A DNA stretch of 64,000 nt from an uncultured Verrucomicrobiae bacterium (GCA_963762565.1 CAVXLD010000007.1:384001-448000), one strand, 5' to 3'; numbered from the stretch's first letter, positions 49,977-60,908 are shown. The notes: generated by a model not told the origin, from the sequence alone. Numbers and translations are program-made.

Positions 49977-51168
49977 ACTGCCAGGAATCGATTGGACTCA
50001 CGCCGCGATTGAGACCGGCGCCGGGGTATTGGGTTACCTTCTGCTGATTCTGTGCAACCCGGTCGCCCGATTTTTCCGGGACGGACTGCGCATCGTGAAC
50101 CGGCATCCGCGGATTTGGATCTGGCTGGCCGTGCTCGGCTGTTCATACTCTCTATTTCAGGCAGTGATCGCTTGGCGCCTGGGCGAGTTCCATCTGTCGC
50201 TTTACGACCTGGTGAACTGGCCGGCGGCTCGCTCCGTCGATTTAGTGTGGGCGGCGCAAAGATGTTGGCTGCCCGCGCTGGAGCTATTGTCCGGCGTTTT
50301 CAATCAGGTGGTAGTCAGCTTCCCGGCCTCGAGTTTGGCAGCGCTCCTGTTTTTGATGAACTGGGGCGGTGCTCATTTTAACTTGATCGCTGAGGCTCGG
50401 GTACGACTGGGAGCTTGGTGGATGCCCGTCTACCTGGGAGTTGTGATCTGTGCGTTTGGGGCGGTGGCTAAGCCGGTCTTCGCCATTTCCATTCATTGGC
50501 TGAACCAGTTCTTGGATGGCCTGTTTCTGTTGCGAGTTGGAGCGGTGCTGGATTGGCTCTCTTTCCAGTTCGAATACTTGTTCGGACTGGTAGTTCAGAT
50601 CTATCTGATCCTCCTGGCGTTTGTCTGGATCAGGGGCATTAAGTCTGATCCGGAACGAGTATTTGCACTTGCGCTCCGGCGGACGCCGCACGTAGCAAAA
50701 TGGGCGGGAATAATGCTGTTGATTAGCGCCCTCTTCATCCACCTACCGCTTTTGATCAGCTACCTCTGGATCGGACAATTCACCGATTTCACGAGTGCGA
50801 CGGTTGAGTACGTCGATCAGACGGTCCGGCCGCTCTTTGCGATGATCTTGATCTTTTTCTGCTCGGTTCAGATCACTTTGGTACTGCATAACCAGACATT
50901 GCAAAAGGCCTTACAAGAGCACGCCAACCTGATGCGGACGAGCTGGTACCGTATCCTTTGGTTTTTGATCGTGGCCGGTTTTCACTTGTTCGTTGTGTGT
51001 TGGGTTGGCGAGGCCGCTTTGGCGTGCTATCCGGTTATGTCGGTCCCGAGCGTGCTGGCATCTCTGATAGTGAGTTTCGCTAAAGCGGTCATAGCGGCAT
51101 GGCTTCTGACTAGCTGGGTTTGCCTCTATCGAGATGCTCGCCGTCCGCGTAAAGAAATCCGGTTTTGA
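49957..51168 (+). CDS. hypothetical multi-pass membrane protein
   Basis: About 10 hydrophobic segments; start uncertain (ORF open from 49828). Confidence 0.7.
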   Translation: MSWQIPELPGIDWTHAAIETGAGVLGYLLLILCNPVARFFRDGLRIVNRHPRIWIWLAVLGCSYSLFQAVIAWRLGEFHLSLYDLVNWPAARSVDLVWAAQRCWLPALELLSGVFNQVVVSFPASSLAALLFLMNWGGAHFNLIAEARVRLGAWWMPVYLGVVICAFGAVAKPVFAISIHWLNQFLDGLFLLRVGAVLDWLSFQFEYLFGLVVQIYLILLAFVWIRGIKSDPERVFALALRRTPHVAKWAGIMLLISALFIHLPLLISYLWIGQFTDFTSATVEYVDQTVRPLFAMILIFFCSVQITLVLHNQTLQKALQEHANLMRTSWYRILWFLIVAGFHLFVVCWVGEAALACYPVMSVPSVLASLIVSFAKAVIAAWLLTSWVCLYRDARRPRKEIRF

Positions 51169-51183
51169 GAAAGAAACGGTCCT

Positions 51184-51891
51184 TTGGTAAACCCTGAGCC
51201 AGAAGATATTTTGGTGGCGCACCAAATCAGTTGGCACGGTCCGAGTGATTCCGGCATTCAGATCCAACCCGTCAGCCACCGGTTTCAGCGTTCGTCATTT
51301 TACATACTCGAAAGCAGCGACAGCGAAGCCAAACATTGTTGGTTGCGTCTCCTTGGGTTGTTGGATGAACCGGCTGGAGGAGAGATGTTGCTGGAGGGAA
51401 GGGTGGTCACAGGCTTGGATTCTGAAGAGCTGGGAGAGATCCGGAACCGCAAGTTTGGATTTCTCTTTGCGGCGCCTTTCCTTTTGCCGTCATTTACGGT
51501 GTTAGAGAACGTCGCGATGCCGCTATTCAAAGTAGCGCAGGTCGATGCCCGTGAGGCGAAGAGCATCACCGAGACAATTCTCGAACTGGTGGGGATCTCT
51601 GAACTAGTGGAAGTGGAGGCTTATCGGCTGTCGCCTTTGCAACAACACCTTACCGCGCTGGCTCGAGCGATCGTACATCATCCACGGCTACTCATCATCG
51701 AGGAGTTAGGGCTGGGCCTCGACGCGGAGTCAGCGCTCCGCGTCTTCGATGTGGCACGTCGAATCCCTGAGCGGTTTGGAACCACGGTGATCGCAACGCT
51801 TTCAGCGGGGATTGACTTCGCAAGCGCAGATGTCGTACTCGAAATAGGCGCCGACGGAATCCGGGAAGTTCGGAAGGAACCGAGAACATGA
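51184..51891 (+). CDS. degenerate LolD-like ABC ATP-binding protein
   Basis: IRNRKFGFLF, LLPSFTVLENVAMPL, ALARAIVHHP; Walker A absent. Confidence 0.7.
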   Translation: MVNPEPEDILVAHQISWHGPSDSGIQIQPVSHRFQRSSFYILESSDSEAKHCWLRLLGLLDEPAGGEMLLEGRVVTGLDSEELGEIRNRKFGFLFAAPFLLPSFTVLENVAMPLFKVAQVDAREAKSITETILELVGISELVEVEAYRLSPLQQHLTALARAIVHHPRLLIIEELGLGLDAESALRVFDVARRIPERFGTTVIATLSAGIDFASADVVLEIGADGIREVRKEPRT

Positions 51892-52718
51892 GCAAAGCCG
51901 AAAACATAACGCGGAGAAGTGGATCGAACCTTGCTTTTGCCTTCTTTTGCTTACCGAAAGAGAAACGGCGCGACATCTCGACGTTTTATGCGTTCTGCCG
52001 GCACGTGGATGATATCGCTGACGATCCAGGGCTCCCAGTCGAAGATCGTCGGGCGCGGTTGGAAGGCTGGAGATCGTGGATCCGGCGATCGACTGAGGGC
52101 GAACCGGATTTTGCCGGCGAAGTTCGGCAGCTAATCAAGAAATACTCTCTCAAAGTATTGCACTTTGAAGACATTCTCAGCGGGGTGGAGATGGATCTGC
52201 AGCCGGTCCGGTTCTCAACTTTTGCGGAGCTCTCGGAATATTGTTATCGAGTGGCCAGCGCGGTCGGGTTAGTCAGCATAGAGATCTTCGGCTACAAAAA
52301 CGCACACTGCCGGGATTACGCCTATTATTTAGGCTTGGCGTTGCAGCTAACCAACATTATTCGGGACGTGGGCTCGGATCTGGCCAATGGGGGTCGTATT
52401 TACCTGCCGTTGGATGAAATGGCCCAATTCAGCTATCCCGAGGAAGAGTTGGTCCAGCGGAAATATAATGACCGGTTTATCGACCTCATGAAATTCCAGG
52501 CCGAACGAGCCCATGCGTACTTCCAAAGGGCCATCGAAACGCTGCCGGCCGAGGATCAGAAGTCAATGAAGGCGGCTGAATTGATGCGGGAAGTGTATTT
52601 CAAGCTGCTTACTCGGATCGAAAAGGACCGTTTCCGGGTCTTTAAGAAGAAGTACCGCCTGAGCCGGCCGGAAAAACTTTGGATTATTTCTCGGCATTTT
52701 GCCACAAATCTGACATAG
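51888..52718 (+). CDS. hpnD: squalene/phytoene synthase family, HpnD-like
   Basis: SGSNLAFAF, YAFCRHVDDIAD, YCYRVASAVG, LQLTNIIRD. Confidence 0.8.
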   Translation: MSKAENITRRSGSNLAFAFFCLPKEKRRDISTFYAFCRHVDDIADDPGLPVEDRRARLEGWRSWIRRSTEGEPDFAGEVRQLIKKYSLKVLHFEDILSGVEMDLQPVRFSTFAELSEYCYRVASAVGLVSIEIFGYKNAHCRDYAYYLGLALQLTNIIRDVGSDLANGGRIYLPLDEMAQFSYPEEELVQRKYNDRFIDLMKFQAERAHAYFQRAIETLPAEDQKSMKAAELMREVYFKLLTRIEKDRFRVFKKKYRLSRPEKLWIISRHFATNLT

Positions 52719-52783
52719 TGTGGTTTGTCTTTAGCAGGAACCAGGTCTGCAACCTGCTGCTAGGGAGTCTGCGGAGTCCTTAT

Positions 52784-53131
52784 ATGACAAAAATGATCTA
52801 CCTTGGGGCCGTCATTTTGATGGTTCTCGGGTTAGCCTCTTCAGAGGCATTTGGGCAGACAAATAGCAGTCTGTCATCGACTGCAGGCATCGCTCCGATC
52901 GGTGTCAGTAGCAGTTTGGTAGGAAATGCTCTCGGCTTCGTCGTTCACCTCGCCGGGAAAGATATTATCTACTTGTGGGACGGCAGTGTGATTCCGGTAG
53001 CGACTCGTACAAACCAAGCCGATATCGTGATTAGCCCGTACGTCCCCCATAACCGGGTTATTGTCCGCGGGATCCAGTCGGGAGAGTTGGTAATGGACCC
53101 GTCGGTAATGAAACCGTTTGTTCGGCCTTAA
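52784..53131 (+). CDS. hypothetical exported protein
   Basis: Signal-peptide-like N-terminus; SPY..DP...KPFVRP. Confidence 0.55.
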   Translation: MTKMIYLGAVILMVLGLASSEAFGQTNSSLSSTAGIAPIGVSSSLVGNALGFVVHLAGKDIIYLWDGSVIPVATRTNQADIVISPYVPHNRVIVRGIQSGELVMDPSVMKPFVRP

Positions 53132-53409
53132 AGATAAGGGAAGAGATTCCATAACAGAATAGCGCCGGTGTAGAGCAGGACGCCGGCGAACCCTGACCTT
53201 GGACGGTGCAGGTGGAGCGGTCAGTCAGTTCGGCTAACCGCACAGTGGGGTTTACTTTTTCGTTCTCAGTAGAACGTCTCTCGGGCGTAGCAGGCAAATA
53301 TCATCGTCCGCCTGAACGGCGTACTGGCCACGTCCGAATCGGTTATGGGCGGAGAAATTGAATTTGCGTAATCCGTGGAGCTGGTTGTCGGAATTCAGGG
53401 TGGGTATTG

Positions 53410-53820
53410 TTATTTTTTTAGGCTCGCGAGGGCCGGCACGCTTGAGAGCACGTTGTTAACTGTGTCTTCTCCGACCAATTTCTTGGCCTCGCCGATAAAG
53501 TTTTCTACGAACGGAGGGATCAACTCGGTCTGGAGCCCAGCGTTTTCCAGACCCGCCACAACCTTGCCGACCTCGGCAGTTTGGCCTCCAAAAAGGGAGC
53601 TCACACCCCCGATCAGATTTCCGAGAAGATTGCCGCCGCCAGCGTCAGGAGTCGGCGCGTTCGCTAGTTCATTTGCGCCCGGAATCTGATTCAGAAGAGT
53701 CCCGACTTCACTTCCACCCGCTTTTTGCTTCAGGTAGTTTAACAATACTGCTAATCCCGAGCGAACGACAGCCTCGGGGATCCCAAGTTTTTGCGCAATG
53801 GCTGTTACTATTTGGTCCAT
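53410..53820 (-). CDS. hypothetical protein (DUF2267/DUF2780-like)
   Basis: Gly-rich helical protein, IPGANEL. Confidence 0.65.
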   Translation of the reverse strand: MDQIVTAIAQKLGIPEAVVRSGLAVLLNYLKQKAGGSEVGTLLNQIPGANELANAPTPDAGGGNLLGNLIGGVSSLFGGQTAEVGKVVAGLENAGLQTELIPPFVENFIGEAKKLVGEDTVNNVLSSVPALASLKK

Positions 53821-54062
53821 ATAGCTGTGATGCTGTTACGATCTGTCAATTGATAGGTCTTCCCAAGGGTATGAGAGACGGTTCAGTTTCTGCAAGACAT
53901 CTCTTTTATCGCGAGTCGGACTGTAAGGTGCCTGCACTCACAAGGCGCTTCGTTCTCGTCCTCGAATCCGGCCACGCGGAGTGGTGGAGTGTGGGAGTGT
54001 TGGAGTACCGTGCCAAGTCCGAAAAGCCCCCGCGTAGCGAGTTAGGGATGCCGAATGAGGGC

Positions 54063-55163
54063 TCACGCCGAGCCCGCTTCTTGACGCAATCTCGCCATTT
54101 CTTCGGGCAGCGGCGGGAAGACGCCGAATTCTGTAACTAACCCGGAGACAAATCGGCGGGGAGTAACATCAAATGCGTAGTTTAGCGCATCGCTACCTTC
54201 GGGAGTGAGTTGCACACTACAGACTTTGCCATCCGCGGTCCGGCCTGAGATGAGCGTGACTTCTTCCGGGGCACGCGTCTCGATGGGAATACTCTTCACT
54301 CCGTCGTCAATAGTCCAATCGATCGTCGACACAGGTAAGGCTACATAAAAAGGGACTCGATTATCGTGGGCAGCCAACGCTTTAAGGTAAGTGCCGATCT
54401 TGTTGCAAACATCGCCGCCAGCGGTGGTGCGGTCGCTGCCGACGATGCAAAGGTCGACCCGCCCGTGTTGCATGAGATGTCCGCCAGCATTGTCTACAAT
54501 AACTGTGTGGGGCACACCATGATGACCCAGTTCCCAAGCTGTGAGAGAGGCTCCTTGGTTCCGTGGCCGAGTCTCGTCTACCCAAACATGAACGGGAATA
54601 CCGGCATCGAATGCCTTATAGATGGGAGCCAGAGCAGTTCCCCAGTCGACGGTTGCTAACCAACCCGCATTACAATGGGTCAGGACGTTCACTGGACGCG
54701 AGCGTTGAACATTGTCCCAAGCTTGCTCGATCAAGGCTTTCCCGTGTTCACCGATGGCAGAACAGTTGGCGACGTCTTCATCCGCGATGATTTTAGCGGT
54801 GGCCAGGGCGACGGATACGCGTTCTCTCGGCTCAAGCGAAAGCAGGACCGATCGCATCCGATCGAGCGCCCAGCGTAAGTTGTATGCGGTGGGACGCGAA
54901 GCGAACAACGCATCATAGGCATGCTCAAAGGCTTTATCACTCGGATCGGCGGCCATCGCCAGTGCGATCCCGTAACCGGCAGAAGCTCCAATTAACGGTG
55001 CGCCGCGTACGACCATGTTGCGGATACCGGCGACCACATCATCCAGTGTTCGCCATTCAACAACTTTGAAGACATGAGGGAGTAAAGTCTGATCGATCAC
55101 GCTAACCGAAATATGGTCAGCATTTGGCCAGATGGTTCGATAAGGTTGGCCGTCAACTCTCAT
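54063..55163 (-). CDS. mtnA: S-methyl-5-thioribose-1-phosphate isomerase
   Basis: [29 protein letters not shown]. Confidence 0.95.
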   Translation of the reverse strand: MRVDGQPYRTIWPNADHISVSVIDQTLLPHVFKVVEWRTLDDVVAGIRNMVVRGAPLIGASAGYGIALAMAADPSDKAFEHAYDALFASRPTAYNLRWALDRMRSVLLSLEPRERVSVALATAKIIADEDVANCSAIGEHGKALIEQAWDNVQRSRPVNVLTHCNAGWLATVDWGTALAPIYKAFDAGIPVHVWVDETRPRNQGASLTAWELGHHGVPHTVIVDNAGGHLMQHGRVDLCIVGSDRTTAGGDVCNKIGTYLKALAAHDNRVPFYVALPVSTIDWTIDDGVKSIPIETRAPEEVTLISGRTADGKVCSVQLTPEGSDALNYAFDVTPRRFVSGLVTEFGVFPPLPEEMARLRQEAGSA

Positions 55164-55511
55164 GGTGTGAATACTCCTGACGGTTTGCTAGCGGTTACTT
55201 AAGTAATTTCAGAGAAACTCTCAGATTCTATCACAACAAAAACGGTAGGGCGAGGCGCGCGGGAGAGGTGAAAAGTGAAGGGCCGGTAGGGCGAAAATCT
55301 CGGCGCGCATTAGATGAGCCATTCACAATATGCTTGTACGCGCCGGATTTGAGCCGCGCCGTGGACGTACCACCTCCCTAGCTTCGATGGGATGGATGAA
55401 AAATAACCTTCTTGATGATACACCGCGCACGCATGGCTCAAATCCGGCGCGGTTCAGCCAGGAAGGTGGTTTGCCTTGGCCGCGCCGAGATTTTCGCCCT
55501 ACCTCTTCCGC

Positions 55512-56855
55512 CTATCCGAACAATAATCGGCACACGAAAACAGCGGCGACAGCTCCGGCGAGGTCGGCAAGTAGGCCGGCAAAAATTGCATGCCGGATGC
55601 GCGTGATCCCAACAGAGCCGAAGTAAACGGCGACAACGTAAAAGGTTGTTTCAGCGCTGCCGTAGATCGTCGCAGCCGTGTAGGTGAGCAAGCTGTCAGG
55701 CCCGAATTGTTTAATCATGTCGCTTAGAACCGCGAGTGAACCGCTGCCACTGAGCGGTCGCATTAGGACCATCGGCAGCATTTCGCCCGGGATCTGAAGA
55801 ACGCCAAAAATCGGACTGAGCAGTAGTTTCAAAAAGTCTAGTGCTCCGGATTCGCGGAACACCGCAATCGCAACTAACATTGCCACGAGATAAGGGATGA
55901 TCCGGAGCGCAGTTTGAAAGCCTTCTTTCGCACCTTCGATGAATTCTGAGTAAATAGGCACCCCCCGTCCGAAGGCATACAGCGGGAAAAACGTCAGCAC
56001 GAACGGTACGGCGATGGGGGAAAGCGCCTTCAATACCAGGATCATGCCGGAGAGCAAATCAGAAGGCCAAGGGGCTGCGCCAAACAGGTAAGGAAACGCC
56101 TTGCTAACGAACGCACCGATAAAAACCAGTAACAGAATGACTAGTGCCCATCGAGCCCAGGACGGGCCTGCCTTTTTTTCGGATTGAGCGAGGTCCGGTT
56201 CTGGCTGTTCTTCCGTATTGTCTGCAGCCTGGTTCTGGATTGGGTCCGCGGGCGCCGGCTGGTTTTCCCAACGAAAAGGGCCAACTCGCTCAAGCAGCTT
56301 GACGGTGATGATCGCGCAGATGGTGGCAAACCCGGTGGAAAGCAAAGTCGATCCCACGATGGCGGACGGATTTTTCGAACCGTTAATCGCGAGCAAATTG
56401 ATGGCCGTGGCGGGGATCAACTGGATCGAAGCGGTGTTGATCGCCAAAAAAGTGCACATGGCGTTGGTGGCGACGCCGGGTTTAGAGTTGAGCCGGTTGA
56501 GCTCGGTCATCGCCTTCAGACCAAGCGGCGTTGCGGCGTTGCTTACCCCCAGCATGTTGGCGGAGATGTTCATCATCATGGCGCCGATCGCCGGATGATC
56601 GCTGGGGACATCAGGAAAAAGCCGTAACATGATCGGCCGGATCAATCGTCCCAGGCGTTGGATCAGACCTGATTTTTCTGCCAACCGCATCAGACCTAGC
56701 CACAGCGCCATCACTCCGACCAGCGGAAGCGCGAGATCCATGACCGCTGACTTCGCCGCGGTCAGCCCCCCTTGCCCAACGGCGTCAAGTTTCCCAGTAA
56801 ATACGGCTACCAATACGCCGGAAAGCAGTAGTGCTAGCCAGATTACGTTGAGCAT
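55512..56855 (-). CDS. fused SpmA/SpmB nucleoside-recognition (Gate) membrane protein
   Basis: ANMLGVSNAATPLGLKAM, RPLSGSGS, ETTFYV. Confidence 0.88.
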   Translation of the reverse strand: MLNVIWLALLLSGVLVAVFTGKLDAVGQGGLTAAKSAVMDLALPLVGVMALWLGLMRLAEKSGLIQRLGRLIRPIMLRLFPDVPSDHPAIGAMMMNISANMLGVSNAATPLGLKAMTELNRLNSKPGVATNAMCTFLAINTASIQLIPATAINLLAINGSKNPSAIVGSTLLSTGFATICAIITVKLLERVGPFRWENQPAPADPIQNQAADNTEEQPEPDLAQSEKKAGPSWARWALVILLLVFIGAFVSKAFPYLFGAAPWPSDLLSGMILVLKALSPIAVPFVLTFFPLYAFGRGVPIYSEFIEGAKEGFQTALRIIPYLVAMLVAIAVFRESGALDFLKLLLSPIFGVLQIPGEMLPMVLMRPLSGSGSLAVLSDMIKQFGPDSLLTYTAATIYGSAETTFYVVAVYFGSVGITRIRHAIFAGLLADLAGAVAAVFVCRLLFG

Positions 56856-56889
56856 GGGAGGGGGTGGCGCGTGTTAAGAGGTGGCGGCT

Positions 56890-57063
56890 GGAGTGATGGA
56901 GTGGTGGAGTGATGGAGTGGTGGAGTGGTGGAGTGGTGGAGTGGTGGAGTGGTGGAGTGATGGAGTGATGGAGTGGTGGAGTGGTGGAGTGGTGGAGTGG
57001 TGGAGTGGTGGAGTGAGTGAGAGTGATGGAGTGATGGAGTGATGGAGTGGTGGAGTGGTGGAG
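56890..57063. repeat. 8-mer tandem array (GGAGTGGT/GGAGTGAT), about 21 units
   Basis: Directly visible. Confidence 0.95.
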
Positions 57064-57089
57064 AACTGGGCTACTGAGGTATTTTGCTG

Positions 57090-57548
57090 CTACGGTTTGT
57101 TGCCGGTCGTTCCGAGATACACGGCGTTGGATTCTCGGACGATTAACGTGTCGATCCAACCCCCGGCATCTTGTTTGCGTTCAAGAGCTTCTACTAGACG
57201 AAGCAGCCCGTTTTCGAGCTTAAATGCTAGCTGGTCAAGTGTATCGAATGCCTCTTCGGAGAGCTGATTTGCGGTTAAGTACGCGTGGTACCCAGAGACG
57301 CTTTCTCCTAGTGATCCAAGGGCGATGTAAAGGTAATGGATGTACTCTCGGATTGAGCGACGACAATAGCCCTCGGCGATGTTCCGATGAACCGAGTCAG
57401 CCGACGCCATGGCCTGGGAAGCAATGCGCTTCATTTCGAACGGCCATTCAGCCACTAGGCGGCAGGTTTCAGCGTACAACTTAATCGCATCTTGCCAGAC
57501 TCTCAGCTGCTGGTAGCCACGATTCTTATTCTTTCGCTTTATACCCAT
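57090..57548 (-). CDS. four helix bundle protein (23S rRNA IVP-like)
   Basis: YQQLRVWQ, SVHRNIAEGYCR, YIALGSLGE. Confidence 0.88.
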   Translation of the reverse strand: MGIKRKNKNRGYQQLRVWQDAIKLYAETCRLVAEWPFEMKRIASQAMASADSVHRNIAEGYCRRSIREYIHYLYIALGSLGESVSGYHAYLTANQLSEEAFDTLDQLAFKLENGLLRLVEALERKQDAGGWIDTLIVRESNAVYLGTTGNKP

Positions 57549-57624
57549 CACCCCCAAATACCCCAATGCCCACCCGATCTACCACCCCAATCCTTCACCA
57601 CCGCCACAAACCATCCCAATACCC

Positions 57625-57842
57625 CCAACGCTCCAACGCTCCAACGCTCCAACACTCCAAGACTCCAACACTCCAAGACTCCAAGACTCCAAGACTCCAA
57701 GACTCCAACACTCCAACACTCCAAGACTCCAACACTCCAACACTCCAACACTCCGACACTCCGACACTCCAACACTCCAACACTCCAACACTCCAAGACT
57801 CCAACACTCCAACACTCCAACACTCCAACACTCCGACACTCC
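57625..57842. repeat. 8-mer tandem array (AACACTCC variants), about 27 units, inverted relative to 56890-57063
   Basis: Directly visible. Confidence 0.95.
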
Positions 57843-57937
57843 CCGTGCCACCTCTCGGCGCTCGCCATTCCTTTTTGCATACCACCGAATATTTCGTTGG
57901 CGAGATGGCCCTTTTTGCGGGTGATTAGGAGTGCCTT

Positions 57938-59467
57938 ATGAATCCTTGCCAACCGATTCCGCGTGCTGGTGAACCGTGTGCGATCGTCATCTTTGGAGCG
58001 TCCGGGGATCTCACAAAGCGTAAACTGATTCCGTCGCTTTATAATCTGGCTTCTTATCATCTGTTGCCGAAGAACTTCAGTATCATCGGAGTTGCTAGAA
58101 GCGACTGGAGCGACCAGGAGTTCGCCTCTCGGCTAGGGAAAGACCTGACCGAGCTTGGTACTCAGCCGGTTGACCCGAATATCTGGAGCGAGTTCCAGGA
58201 TCGGATGCTCTACTGTTCCGGAAGTTTTGACGATCCGAAAACGTACGAAAAACTTGGACAACGACTCGCCGAGTCTGCCAAGAGACTGGGGACAAATGGG
58301 AACGTCCTTTTTTATCTTTCGGTCCAGCCTTCGTTCTTTGCGACGATCGCAAAGATGTTGGCTCAGTACGGCCTGACTCGAGAAGAAGGTAATTGGCGCC
58401 GAGTAATCATCGAGAAACCGTTCGGCCATGATCTGTCATCGGCGTTGGAGTTGAACCGGAATTTAACCAGCGCATTGCAGGAGCATCAGATCTATCGGAT
58501 CGACCATTACCTTGGGAAAGAGACCGCGCAGAACCTGCTCGTATTTCGGCTGGGCAATGCGGTATTCGAACCGATCTGGAACCGCCGTTACATCGATCAT
58601 TTTCAATTGACGGTCGCTGAATCCATTGGGGTGGAAGGAAGAGGAGCATTCTACGAGTCCGCGGGCGCGTTTCGAGACGTGATGCAGAATCACATGTTTA
58701 TGCTGCTGGCATTGATTGCGATGGAACCTCCGAACTCGCTTCAGGGTGAGGCGGTGCGAAACGAGAAAGTGAAGCTTTTGCAAGCGGTGCGTAGCAGTAC
58801 TCCGGAAGAGGCGTTGGCGTCTACGGTTCGCGGGCAATATGGGCCGGGGCAGGTTGGCGGCCTGAGTGTTCCGGGCTACCGCCAAGAAAAGAATGTCAAT
58901 CCGGAATCAACCGTAGAAACATACGCAGCGGTGAAGCTAATGATCGATAATTGGCGTTGGGCGGGCGTGCCTTTCTACCTGCGCTCAGGCAAACGCTTGG
59001 CTAAGCGAACCACGAAAATCGTGGTTCGGTTTAAGGTACCGTCCTTAGCGTTATTCGGATCGAACGAGAATGAGATGATTGCTCCTAACCGCCTTATTTT
59101 TAATATCCAACCGGATGAAGGGATCACATTTCAGGTGCGGGCCAAGGTGCCGGGTCCGACGTTAGCCACGAACGCGGTGCATCTTGATTTCGATTATTCG
59201 CAGTTTGGTGATCGAGCGCCGACCACAGGATACGAAAAGCTCTTGTATGATTGCATGGTAGGCGATTCGACTTTGTTTCACCGATCGGACATGGTCGAAG
59301 CGGCCTGGCAAGCCGCTCAACCCATCCTGGATGCCTGGGGGAATAATCCGCCGAAAGACTTTCCGAACTACGCCGCCGGCGCTTGGGGACCGGCAGCGGC
59401 TGATGAGCTTCTCGAACGCGACGACCACAAGTGGTGGTATCCATCGGAATCGGGGATATCGGCATAG
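57938..59467 (+). CDS. zwf: glucose-6-phosphate 1-dehydrogenase
   Basis: FGASGDL, EKPFG, RIDHYLGKE. Confidence 0.97.
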   Translation: MNPCQPIPRAGEPCAIVIFGASGDLTKRKLIPSLYNLASYHLLPKNFSIIGVARSDWSDQEFASRLGKDLTELGTQPVDPNIWSEFQDRMLYCSGSFDDPKTYEKLGQRLAESAKRLGTNGNVLFYLSVQPSFFATIAKMLAQYGLTREEGNWRRVIIEKPFGHDLSSALELNRNLTSALQEHQIYRIDHYLGKETAQNLLVFRLGNAVFEPIWNRRYIDHFQLTVAESIGVEGRGAFYESAGAFRDVMQNHMFMLLALIAMEPPNSLQGEAVRNEKVKLLQAVRSSTPEEALASTVRGQYGPGQVGGLSVPGYRQEKNVNPESTVETYAAVKLMIDNWRWAGVPFYLRSGKRLAKRTTKIVVRFKVPSLALFGSNENEMIAPNRLIFNIQPDEGITFQVRAKVPGPTLATNAVHLDFDYSQFGDRAPTTGYEKLLYDCMVGDSTLFHRSDMVEAAWQAAQPILDAWGNNPPKDFPNYAAGAWGPAAADELLERDDHKWWYPSESGISA

Positions 59468-59503
59468 GGCGGGTAGGGCGAAACGGCGTATGGGCGGGAT
59501 TTG

Positions 59504-59611
59504 GGGAGGGCGCGCGTCCTCGCGCGCTCTGAATCGTCGATATAGCCAAATGCTCGATCTGGTCTGTCCTGGGCTTCGATAACGACTGATCGCGAGCACG
59601 CGATCCCTCCC
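59504..59611. repeat. palindromic element, family B
   Basis: gggagggcgcgcgtcctcgcg ... cgcgagcacgcgatccctccc. Confidence 0.8.
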
Positions 59612-59654
59612 TTGCTATTTGCGTGCTGAAGTCTACGTTTCCGACTCTTGGTTT

Positions 59655-60845
59655 ATGGCTGCTAGTATAATTCCGGAAAGTCGCTGGACCGACGTCCAGC
59701 TTAGCAACGACGAGATCGCCCGCTATTCCCGGCACTTGATCATGCCGGAGGTGACGCTTGAGGGGCAGAAGAAATTGAAAGCGGCGTCCATCCTCTGTAT
59801 TGGGGCCGGAGGATTGGGTTCGCCCATAGCGCTCTACCTTGCAGCTGCTGGAATCGGCCGCTTGGGGTTGGTCGACCCGGATGTCGTTGATTTCTCGAAT
59901 CTCCAACGCCAGATCCTGCATGGCACCGATGACGTTGGCAGAAAAAAACTCAATTCAGCGAGGGATCGGATTAAGGCCGTGAATCCAAACGTCCAAGTCG
60001 ATCTTTACGATTGCCTCTTTCGCAGCGAAAACGCGATGGAGATAGTCCGCGACTATGACGTTATCGTAGATGGTACGGATAACTTTCCAACGCGTTATCT
60101 ATCGAATGACGTCAGTGTGCTGACCAAAAAACCGAATGTTTACGGGTCCATTTTCAGGTTCGATGGCCAGGCGACCGTGTTCGCGCCGCACTTGGGCGGT
60201 CCTTGTTATCGTTGCATGTTCCCGGAGCCGCCGCCTCCCGGTATGGTGCCAAGTTGCGCTGAAGGAGGCGTTCTCGGTGTGTTACCCGGTATCATCGGAG
60301 TTCTCCAAGCGATCGAAGCAGTAAAGCTAATTCTTGGAGTTGGAGACCCGTTGATCGGAAGGTTGATCAGCTTTGATGCGTTAAAGATGCGATTTCGCGA
60401 GTTCAAAGTCCGGCCCGATCCGAACTGTCCGATTTGCGGAAAGAATCCCACGATCCATGAACTGATCGATTACGAGCAATTTTGTGGGTTACCGCAAGCG
60501 GATGCGGAGGCTAAACAAGAGATGGCCGTCCCGGCAATCTCTGTGATTGATCTGAAGGCTAAGCTCGATCGCAAGGATCCTTTCGTCCTCGTCGATGTCC
60601 GAGAGCCTTATGAATACGAGATTTGCCACATTGAGGGAGCTCGTTTGATTCCGTTGGGTGAATTGCCCGGGCGGCTGAGTGAATTGGATAGCGCCGACGA
60701 GATCGTGTTGCAATGTAAGGGCGGTACTCGAAGCGCCCGTGCACTCCACGTCCTTTCGGACGCAGGGTTCCGCAAACTCTACAATTTAGAGGGTGGGATC
60801 ACCGAGTGGGCCGAAAGGGTCGATCCTTCGATGCCGAAGTATTAG
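59655..60845 (+). CDS. moeB: MoeB/ThiF adenylyltransferase with C-terminal rhodanese domain
   Basis: RYSRHL, GAGGLG, SNLQRQ, CYRC, CPIC, rhodanese CKGGTRS. Confidence 0.93.
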   Translation: MAASIIPESRWTDVQLSNDEIARYSRHLIMPEVTLEGQKKLKAASILCIGAGGLGSPIALYLAAAGIGRLGLVDPDVVDFSNLQRQILHGTDDVGRKKLNSARDRIKAVNPNVQVDLYDCLFRSENAMEIVRDYDVIVDGTDNFPTRYLSNDVSVLTKKPNVYGSIFRFDGQATVFAPHLGGPCYRCMFPEPPPPGMVPSCAEGGVLGVLPGIIGVLQAIEAVKLILGVGDPLIGRLISFDALKMRFREFKVRPDPNCPICGKNPTIHELIDYEQFCGLPQADAEAKQEMAVPAISVIDLKAKLDRKDPFVLVDVREPYEYEICHIEGARLIPLGELPGRLSELDSADEIVLQCKGGTRSARALHVLSDAGFRKLYNLEGGITEWAERVDPSMPKY

Positions 60846-60908
60846 GCAGCGACTGTTTTACTGGCCAGATGCGCGCGCGGGCTGGAGGCGGGTTTGGGTA
60901 ATGACACC

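Noticed and set aside
56890..57842. CRISPR array
   Set aside because: Units are 8-bp tandem repeats with no spacers and no cas genes. The same applies to 38578-38695.
57492..58060. Repetitive ORFs (SNTPTLQH / ECWSVGVL; also PITNHQS at 38.5-38.8 kb)
   Set aside because: Translations of tandem DNA arrays.
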